A stretch of 64,000 bases of DNA from Eledone cirrhosa (lineage: Eukaryota). Location: NCBI GenBank assembly GCA_964016885.1, contig OZ024740.1, positions 254,138,001 through 254,202,000 on the forward strand, read 5' to 3'. The notes beneath the pieces are model-generated. The model was not told where the DNA came from. It searched no databases and saw only the letters and a list, made by a program, of their open reading frames with translations. Below are positions 54,774-64,000 of the stretch, piece by piece (the stretch's first letter is position 1; each line of letters opens with the position of its first letter). A program made the position numbers and the translations under genes.

Positions 54774-56165
54774 TTATAGCCCTAGTCTACCCCCCCCCCC
54801 CCCCCCCGGGTCATTATGGGGTTTGAGGGCGAGGTAAGTCCTACGCAATCTATGTTTACATGCAGTAACCAGTTCATCTTTCTTGTTTAGGAGTTGGTCC
54901 GTCGAAAACAGCATTTGTAAAGTTTCCTCCGAGCATAAATTGCACGGACGGCGTCCTCCCGTGTAAGAATTGGCTCTGGACAGTAATCTCCAAGTGAGAT
55001 CATAGGTGATGTTGTTGTCCTTGAGGTCCCATATGTGGCCCGAAAGTGTAGTGGCGTGACGCCGGGCCGGGTTTCGGAAGGTATGTCTATGTTGGTATAG
55101 CCGGGTCTTGAAGTCACATGCGGTAAGTCCTATATAGGCTTTGTTGGAGGTATCCGTCCTCACGTTGCACTGGTAGATCACATTACGGTCTCTGCATCTA
55201 TTGTCGAGTGGGCAAATAGATCTATCCGGGCAGTTACACCTCCTGGTCGGTTCTCCACTGCTATTTAGGTTATTTCTGCCATCGGGGTTGAGTTTTTTGT
55301 TGTTAGAGGAGACGATGTTTTGTGCGAAGTTTGGTGTAGTGCTGTAAGAGAGTTTGATGGTATTTTTGTTAATTATGTTGTGGTAGCGGTGTTGTAATGG
55401 GAAGTGTTTTTCAATGAGCCTAAAGAATAGTTTCCCGATGGGAGTTGTCGCCTCTGCGTTGTGGGGAGGATTGAACCATGTTACATTGCGTGAGCGGCGG
55501 TGTCTCCTGCTGGTTCCGCTAATGGGAGCTGGACAGTAGGATATTTCCTCCCGGAAACCACTCCGCTTGAGGGCCTGGTTGTAATAAGGCGCATGTTCAT
55601 CGAATATCCGCTCATTAGCTGACAAACGGGATATGCGGAGGGAGATGTTTTTGACCAGGTTGTTTGTTATGTTCCTAGGATGGTTTGATCGGCGGTGGAT
55701 GTAGTGCAGATTGTCATTAGGTTTCCTGTATGGGTAGTACAGGTCGTTTTCGAGGTCGAGGGTCACGTCCAGGAAGTTTACTCGGGTCAGGGACGTTTGT
55801 AGGGTTATTTTAAATCCCCAGTCGCGGAAGAATCTGATTAATTGTTTCCGGACCCGATCTGTACTACTGGGGTTGTACCCTTTAAGGGTAAGGAGCCCAT
55901 CATCACGGTACAATCCACCACCGAATGCAGGAAACATATCAGTGAGTTTGGCTATTAGGAATAATCCTATAAGATCTGTGACCTCCGCCGAATCCGTGGC
56001 GCCCATGCTGACGTCGAAGGGTGAGTCGGGAGCTCTTTTTATCCATTTAGAGTCGTCAAAGAGTAAGACTGTCTTCCTGGCGTGGAGGATGATTATTCTT
56101 TCCTGGTCGGTGATGGGCACAAGTGTTTCGGCGAAGTCCAGGGCGGCAGTAAGTAGCGGTAAGGT
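54774..56165 (-). CDS. PLE polyprotein, 5'-truncated: RT palm/thumb, Cys linker, GIY-YIG endonuclease (Hydra-clade-like by recollection)
   Basis: FDVSMGATDSAEV, GGLYRDDGL, NFLDVTL, SNHP, CNCPDRSICPLDNRC, VIYQC..AYIGLT..FKTR, CNLCSEE, LLNKK..CKH. The first 9 codons of the track ORF come from the inverted arm. Confidence 0.9.
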   Translation of the reverse strand, partial: TLPLLTAALDFAETLVPITDQERIIILHARKTVLLFDDSKWIKRAPDSPFDVSMGATDSAEVTDLIGLFLIAKLTDMFPAFGGGLYRDDGLLTLKGYNPSSTDRVRKQLIRFFRDWGFKITLQTSLTRVNFLDVTLDLENDLYYPYRKPNDNLHYIHRRSNHPRNITNNLVKNISLRISRLSANERIFDEHAPYYNQALKRSGFREEISYCPAPISGTSRRHRRSRNVTWFNPPHNAEATTPIGKLFFRLIEKHFPLQHRYHNIINKNTIKLSYSTTPNFAQNIVSSNNKKLNPDGRNNLNSSGEPTRRCNCPDRSICPLDNRCRDRNVIYQCNVRTDTSNKAYIGLTACDFKTRLYQHRHTFRNPARRHATTLSGHIWDLKDNNITYDLTWRLLSRANSYTGGRRPCNLCSEETLQMLFSTDQLLNKKDELVTACKHRLRRTYLALKPHNDPGGGGGGRLGL

Positions 56166-57304
56166 AGGACTTACCTCGCCCTCAAACCCCATAATGACCC
56201 CGGGGGGGGGGGGGGGGTAGACTAGGGCTATAACACCCCACTTGCCGATTTTGCAATGGGTAACCCCTGCTTGCCAAGGAAGACGTAAGATCTTCTTTGT
56301 ATTCTTTTATCGCTTCCTTTATTTCCCTCCCCCCTCTCTCCTTAGTCCTTCTACCCCAGCTCTTCTCCTTTGTCGGCGTCTTTTCTCGCCCACCCGAGGC
56401 TGCCCTTTGGCCCCATGTAGCCTTAGTACCCCCACCACCCCCTCCCCTAGTCTATGATAGATTTGGCGGACTCCGCCCTTTATAGCAGTTGGCTTAGACC
56501 CCGGAAACTTGCCCCCTTTTTCCGACCGCTCCCACTATTCTCTGTGCCCTCTATATTTCTTAGTGGCACTTATGCCTTATTTTTTCGTTTCAGTATTTCT
56601 TGCTTCGCTTTTCTTCTGGGCGGGGTGGATTCTGAATTTATTTCTCCGTATTCTACCTTTATTTCGTACGAACTTTCATGTAGCTTGTTTTAGATCTTTT
56701 AGAGTTAGCATTAGTATATATTTTTCTCGGGACTCAGAATTATTATCTCGTACAAGTTCACTTTGCTGCACTGGGTCGTTGCTGGCCCGGGATGGAAACC
56801 TTTATTGTTTATTTCGTGGTAGTCTCTTTAGTATTATGGCCCCTTTTGTTGACCCGTCACCGTATCATTTACGTACTTATACCTCTTAAAAGGGTCCTTG
56901 CCTAATCCGTCCCACCTAGTTCTTTTACTTATTTCGTTATTTCTTTATTTCTTTATTTTATTCTAGCCTAACAATAGCCTGAGACCTAGGTCGTAGAATT
57001 TAATTTACTTTACTTTTTTCTTTACACTTATTTGCTTTTCTTCACTCTCAGTATTTTTTCTTTCCTATATATTTCTACCCCCCATTGTTCTACCTACCGT
57101 TCCGACTTCCTCCCACTCCCCCTCCCCTGTATCTTCTTTGACCTCATGCCCAGCTGTAGCTGGCACTACCAACGCTTGATTGGGTCTACTCCACCCCCTC
57201 CCCTCTTTCTCCTACTGGCAGGTTTAGCCACCATCTCCCCTACTAATTTGCAACCACAGAATTACTACTGATTTTTGACAATCACTTTGACCATATATGG
57301 AATT

Positions 57305-57398
57305 ACCCCTTGAGAAGATCGGCTATTTAAATACCAGGATAAATTTTCATTTAGTCCAGAATTAGCCGTCGAAACGGCTTGAGCTCAGCTGTCGGGGT
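57305..57398 (+). ncRNA. Hammerhead with U3-A8 core in the inverted pLTR
   Basis: ACCCC-TTGAGAA-GATCGGCTATT...AATTAGCCGTC-GAAA-CGGCT TGAGCTC AGCTG-TC-GGGGT. Confidence 0.75.
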
Positions 57399-57489
57399 CT
57401 TACTGGTTCCTATTACCCACTCTACTACCTCAAGTATTGAGTACTTTGGTGCGTTATGGTCCACCTGGTTCCTTACCACATTTCCTTCG

Positions 57490-57567
<78 letters not shown>

Positions 57568-57571
<4 letters not shown>

Positions 57572-58524
57572 TCGTCATTGAAATATATATCACAGCATTA
57601 TTATTAAAGGACTTGAACATCTGAAACTACTTCGCTTTTACTTATTCGATATTTACTCCGTCAATCCTATGTGGAAAAAGTACGTTGAGTGCTTGAATTG
57701 AATTGCATCAATATTTACCCTAAGAATTTAGCTCCAATTAGTTGAGCGCTCTATGATGTAACCGATATGGTGGAGAAGAGAGGAACCAACCATGTGCTAC
57801 CCCTGGAAATTCCCTCTACCATGGGGATGGAAACCCCTGACACTGGACGGACATAATAGTAACTTTCGGCAGGATAAATACGCGGAAACAAAAACTAAGA
57901 TAAACCCATATTTTCCTGCACAAAATCGCTTTTGAACACAAGCCCCCTCAATTCAATTTATACATTGACAAATTGACAATCATATGGATCATTTTGCATA
58001 TATGTACTCTGTGTTTTTGCATTTATTCATTATTGGTTCTTTTCTTTTGTGTACTTTATATCTGTTTTTCTTTGGTTTTGTTCCATGTGATGGAAATTAT
58101 GACTGTGTACCAGATTGACTACTGCCCTGAATACTGTAGTTTACCCTCCGTTCTAATGTACGGCACTATCGTTCAATATGTGGATAGTGTAACTGTGACA
58201 TTAGTACCCCTCTCAGAACTTCTTACTTAAACATCTCTCTCCATATTATTTACTCACTTCAATCTATATGTTTTTTTACTCACCTCAATCTGGATTCTCA
58301 CAGGGGAACGGATGAAGAACCCAAAAGCACACACTTCGTCCGTTCCCATGTCGATTCAACTTGGATTGCCTCGGAAACATAACCTTATTATGTAACAAGC
58401 TGTCTGATGATGTCACGACACTCGCACACAGAACAGTGTGGCCAGTGTCGTCATTGAAATATATATCACAGCATTATTATTAAATGTAATGCACATCTGA
58501 AACTACTTCGCTTTTAATTATTAT

Positions 58525-58530
<6 letters not shown>
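57568..58530 (+). mobile_element. Non-coding HHR element with direct terminal repeats (retrozyme-like / non-autonomous PLE)
   Basis: 57568-57646 is repeated at 58444-58520; full HHR at 58399-58472; (TA)n on both sides. Confidence 0.7.
58399..58472 (+). ncRNA. Type I hammerhead (family of 22287)
   Basis: GCTGT-CTGATGA-...-GAAA-TATATA-TC-ACAGC. Confidence 0.8.
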
Positions 58531-58586
<56 letters not shown>

Positions 58587-59573
58587 TTAGGTTAATAGGA
58601 GTTAGGTATTGTATACCTAACTCCAAACACATATTGAACTAGGAATATTGGATCCTCCGTCAATGTCCGGGTGAGCAAAATAGATTTCTATCTGCATTGG
58701 AATTTACGAACTTGTGCATCTGCTGTGTTGTCAAAAACAAACGCCCATGACCGCACAGATAAACAATGGACCATGCCGCGTGGCTTGAACCCGTAAGTGA
58801 ATTGAAGGTTCTGCAACTCTGATACACAGATTATTTATTATTAAGATGTATAAACTTGACATAACTATTATCATATTATATTCTCTCAACTAATCACACT
58901 TGATCATATTTCTCTATCCCGTTTTCTCCCCCCATAATTATTATATTTTTATTATTATTTGAAAAAATCGGTTTTTTTACATTGTGTTTTCCCCTCCAAA
59001 TATTCGCTTATATTTCTTTATATATTCTCTATATATTTTTTTATCTTTATTATTTCCACTTTTATCCTCCTTTATATTTTACCTTATTCTTACTTTTATA
59101 CCTTATTATAGTGAAATCTTCCCCATGCCTCATTATACACTATTAATTATAGATTATTATTATTACTCTTTTTCCATTTCTAATTACCTCATGTACTTTC
59201 TCCTCCGCTATATATATATATATATATTGTATGCCCTTTGTGTTTGTGTAGCCTCTGCGCACCCTCTGCACCATACTATCGACGCCGCCCCATCTATGGT
59301 TCAGCTAACCACCCGACTCCCGGGAATGAATATGACCGCAGCTAGTAAACAAGGACCCACACCCCACCCTCCCGCACCAAAATTAGAGTTATCGTCCCCT
59401 ACTTTTGCTCTTTACTCTCTTTACTCTTTGTTCTTGAATGTTTGGTTGGTAGAGTCCATAACACCAATCAAACCCCTTTTATAGCTCTGGCGAATCCTAC
59501 GGTTACGTAAGGAAGAAACATTGTAAGCCAATAAAAATCTTTTGATGTTGTAGACGCTCTTGTGTTCTTTTTC

Positions 59574-59679
<106 letters not shown>

Positions 59680-60498
59680 ACTGTAATTGTAGGAATCGGG
59701 TTGACTGCCCCCTATCCGGGAAATGCCTCTCTAGTAACATTGTCTACAAATGTAAGGTTGAAACACCCACGTCCCGTAGGGCCTACATAGGGTTAACCGC
59801 CAATAGATTAAGCAGCGTCTTTACATGCATACCCATTCTTTTCTTAACCCTTTAAGAAGGAATATGACGTCACTTTCAGCTTATATCTGGAGTCTAAAAG
59901 ACAACCACATCCAATATAAGTTACACTGGGAGATCCTAGCTAGGACTAGATCGTATAACGGAAATAAAAGACCATGTGACCTCTGCGCCGCTGAGGCCCT
60001 GGAAATACTCTACGCTAAAGACCACATCTTAAACAAAAAATCTGAGGCAATATCGGCTTGTAAACATAAATTGGACAAAACTTTCCTATATTACAGCCCT
60101 ACATTATACCCTAACGGATAGTACGAACTATACGCGGATAGTTACGTCTTGATGTGGTAGCTAAGTATATGTTATGTTTATACCATTACTTATTTGTATA
60201 GGTAAGTATATATTACCTGTATGTTTTGTGAAGGTACGTATACTTTCTCGTACGTATATTTGATTGTATATGTTATGGCGTATATATTATATATTCTGGT
60301 ACATATGCATTTGGTTATGTGTATACGCGAGTTTTGCGTCTGTGTGAGTATGCGGGTTCGTACGTAAGTAGGGTGTGTGTATATGTGTACTTTGTGTTTT
60401 GGTTGACGTACGTCTCCGAACATATGTGTATTTACAGGTGGTATGTGTGTGCGCGCGTTATATACGTATTTATTTATTTATATACGTTTATTTAATTG

Positions 60499-60549
<51 letters not shown>

Positions 60550-61236
60550 TTTTTTTTTTTTTTAGATATATTGTTATGTGTATTTGGTGTATACATTATA
60601 TGTGTGCGGGTACAGGCGTTGCCTGGGTTCTGTATGTGCGTGCGAGTTTTTTGTGTACGTGCTTGTATTTGTATACCTATAGCGAGTGCTTTTGCGTATG
60701 CTTGTGTATGTACGTATATGGATGCGTGTATGTATTTATTTAATTTCAATTACCTCTGTATTTTATTTACTTTATTCTTAACTCTGAAGCCGACAATCAT
60801 TCGGTTTCCTTAATAGAATTTTAGTCTACGACTTCGGTTATACCATTTACGTGGTTTTGTCTTTGCGTGTAATTGTTCTCGTTGCTCCACATAATGACGT
60901 ATTATCTTCGTTTTTTCCGTTCATTGCCAGAGAACGTCTCTATGAACCACTTAATAGAATATTAGTCTACGACTTCATTTATACCATAACTGTGGTTTTG
61001 TCTTTGCATGTAATTGTTTTCACCGCACCAAATAATGACGTATTATCTTCGTTTTTTTCCGTTCTTTGACAGGGAACGTTTCCACGAACCAAAGTATCGT
61101 CTTCCTGTCTTCCTTCGGTCGCAACGTTTTTTGAAATATTTACTTCTGCGTTCACAGATTGACTTTTTTAGTTTCAGAAGATCCCGTTAAGGGTGAAAGC
61201 AGCGATTCTTTGCTTAAACTTTATTCTGTTATTTTA

Positions 61237-61240
<4 letters not shown>
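59680..61240 (+). mobile_element. PLE 3' fragment: GIY-YIG C-terminus, 3' UTR with ~120 bp tandem units, CAGAAGA hammerhead at 61170-61220
   Basis: ORF 59825-60121 TSLSAYIWSLKD...CDLCAAE...LNKKSE..CKH; the UTR has an inverted copy at ~47585-48085. Confidence 0.8.
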
Positions 61241-61273
<33 letters not shown>

Positions 61274-61847
61274 ATCTCTTACTTTCTTTCACCCCCTCTG
61301 CTGGTCACCCTCTCTCGGCTGGCCTCTTCCTCACACTTTCACTCACTCACTCTCTGCTACTCCCCCTCTCTCACTTCCTCCCGTCTGACCTGTGTGAAAT
61401 CCTTTTCTCGCTTACATTTCGCAGGATTCGGACGCGTCCTCATCTTCTTCTCGTCAATGATTTGCTAGATGTATCACTGACTTGTTTTCTCATCTTCCTC
61501 TCTTTACGTTGCCTTACCATTTTTGTTTCTTTACATGTCTCTCTTTCTCCACCCAATTCTTTCTATCCCAATAACTTATTTTAGTTATTGTTCGCGCTCG
61601 CTTGAGGTATCTGGTCTTTAATGCGAAGAAATACCGATGATAGCGAGAAGATCACTGATGACGGATAGTCCTGGTTTCTTGCTCTTTTTTAATTCATATT
61701 TATCACATTCGCAACAATGTATGTATATCATTTCTTCATCTTTGAGGATAATTTATAAACAAGCTTAAAGAAACTATATTATTTTAAAAGTAAGCTTAGA
61801 AAATAGCTTCCCCTTTCTAGAAATGCAATATTTTCTTCGCTTGCTAA

Positions 61848-61990
<143 letters not shown>

Positions 61991-62099
61991 CCTACATTTC
62001 CTTCTATTCCACTCTTTCTTTCTTTGTCATTCACCTAGACTGACAGATACTAAATAAACTTCAATTATCCTATATAGTGGCGCTCTTGTTGGTTAGTAT

Positions 62100-62441
62100 T
62101 AAACAAGGTATAAATAATGTAGTATGTAATACACAACTACATTAAACACAACCACAAGGATATGGTGAGAACGTGGAAGAGCCGAACTCCCACTGTCATC
62201 ACCTCCATCTCTCTCACCCTCCCCATCTCTCTGTATGGTGAGCAAATGGGGTCCCATGTGCTGACCTTCCCACAGCCGCGGCGCACAGAATGGAGAATGC
62301 GTTTCCCTGGAGGATAGTAAGGGAGATGCGCTGGAAGAGCCATTCCAACTCGCGAGGCTTACACCTGCGGCTGGCCAGCTCAACACCTATGGTGGTGAGT
62401 AGGGATGTAGCCCTAGGGCCAAGGACACCAGAAGTCTCCAC
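62100..62441 (-). mobile_element. C-terminal fragment of an RLE-type (CRE-like) non-LTR retrotransposon
   Basis: ETSGVLGPRA...WLFQRISLTILQGNA resembles the restriction-like endonuclease tail. Confidence 0.7.
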
Positions 62442-63849
62442 TGTCCACTATCCTATATTATCAGTGGGCGAGGGAGTTTAAGTCAAAGATGGCCAGAAAC
62501 CAGAAATTATTTTGTATGCTGTATCAGCCGTACTCAGTGTAGCTGAGATCAAAGGCTTGCCTTTTCCGACAGCTATATAATGGTGAGCCCCATGGCTCAC
62601 CATTATATAGCGAATATATAGCGAATAGATGTATTCTTTGCAGGGTGAATCATAAAAGAATAAAGAATTGTGATGTTGACAACGTTTATTTTGTAATAAT
62701 AAAATTCACTTGTTGGTACATCGAATATTGAGTAATAAAATCGTGACACAATTATAACTACATTAATTGTTTTACTAGCTACTTCGAGCTAGCGTAAATG
62801 CATGTATCAAATAAAACGATACAGTAGAAGTTGTGTTGTATTTTACAGCAGTAGAGAAATGACAGGAAGTCGAAAGGATAGATAAAGTGTAGTAGGGAAC
62901 AATATAAGGAAACCTACTCTGTGTGTGTGTTAATCCTTAGCCTACTTGTTTTCTGTAGTAGCGGTCAATCTGTCGAGCGAGTAACAGAATCTATAGCATT
63001 AATAGAACTGTTTTTTCTGTCGTCTGAAGTAATCACTATCTCTGGTTCGGTTCTCGAAGCGATTGTATTTATAAGAATACTATAGCTAGAAGGATGTGTA
63101 TATGGTTTTTGAAACAATAGTGGCCATGTGTCTATCATCTGTCAAGTGTCTGGGGTCACAGGTCAAGTGGTATATATGTTGTCTTTTGACGGGACAATGG
63201 TAAGAAAACCTAACAATAGGTGCTTTTAGAGGCGTGAAATTTTAGATTCGATTTCGAATCTCCGCCAGGTAAAACATAGAATAATTCTGTTACAGTAGAA
63301 TCGTTTTTGATTCTGGTTCATTTCATACGATTATTTGGTACTGTAGATTATATACGGGACATTTGGTGACTTTAATGTCATATCAAAAATTCCTTTTTTT
63401 ACTGTTTTAAGACCCAGATTCAGTCATGTGACCACTACCCAGAATTTTTTCTTGACAGTTCACGCTTCAAGTGTAAAAGAGTAACCGTTGAAATTTTAGT
63501 GATTAAAAAGGTAAAGTTTTCATTCATTTATTCATTCCAATACTTTAAAATTCAATATTCAATATATCAAATTATTTTTTTTAAAGTTCCGTAAAAAAGT
63601 AAACTTGCACATTTTTTTTTCTTTCTTTTTTTATTAAAAAAACTATATCCCTTTAACATTTTTCACATTTTCATTCACCTACATGATGGCAAAAGAGTCA
63701 ATTAGCTCAGTTTCCTCTCTACTTTCCCGATCTTTTGCAATGAGAAGCTTCGAAGAGAAGAAGAATATTATCATTTTCAGAAGAGAGAAACCGAAGCTTG
63801 AACTGAAAACCAAAACCAAGGTGGGTAGCAAGGAATGTTATCATTATTT

Positions 63850-63961
63850 TGATTCCAGTATCGGTAGAGGGTTGGACGCTATGCTTTCTAGCATAGTTAC
63901 GGCCTGAGTTCAAATCCCGTCGAGGTTAACTTTGTCTTTCATCCTTACGGGGTCGATAAAA
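63850..63961 (+). mobile_element. Partial tRNA-derived SINE (family A)
   Basis: B box followed by CTTTCATCCTTACGGGGTCGATAAAA. Confidence 0.8.
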
Positions 63962-64000
63962 CAGTATGAGTGAATGATGGGTGTCCCGTTCTGAATAAAT

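Larger units (their letters stand above)
53571..57492 (-). mobile_element. Young Penelope-like element with ~1.25 kb inverted pseudo-LTR, inserted in (TA)n
   Basis: 56164-57413 is the reverse complement of 53571-54844; uninterrupted RT/EN ORF; (TA)n on both sides. Confidence 0.95.

Noticed and set aside
54774-56165. Selenoprotein-type (Naiad) PLE
   Set aside because: The endonuclease is C-terminal and the ORF has no in-frame TGA.
60790-61080. CRISPR-like or regularly spaced repeats
   Set aside because: Ordinary ~120 bp tandem units in a PLE 3' UTR, with no unique spacers or cas genes and a eukaryotic context.

Overview
Repeat-saturated, AT-rich animal genomic DNA with no recognisable host gene. 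The dense (TA)n microsatellites and the SINE/LINE repertoire suggest a mollusc, probably a cephalopod such as Octopus (inference). The window is a mosaic of nested mobile elements: at least five Penelope-like elements (PLEs; RT plus C-terminal GIY-YIG, one with an uninterrupted ORF of about 460 aa), many short foldback PLE derivatives inserted in (TA)n, two CR1/L2-type LINEs, RTE LINEs, Tx1/L1 and RLE-type LINE fragments, a Gypsy 5' end, a solo LTR, a decayed Helitron and tRNA-derived SINEs. The main hidden signal is about 20 type I hammerhead-ribozyme (HHR) folds from roughly ten distinct (TA)n-associated families. Several have family-conserved non-canonical cores: the U3-A8 covariant UUGANAA in the youngest PLE, CAGAAGA, and CCGAUGA. 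Most ORFs in the supplied track are microsatellite translations or antisense shadows. All folds and alignments were done by eye, and boundaries are approximate unless a TSD is cited.
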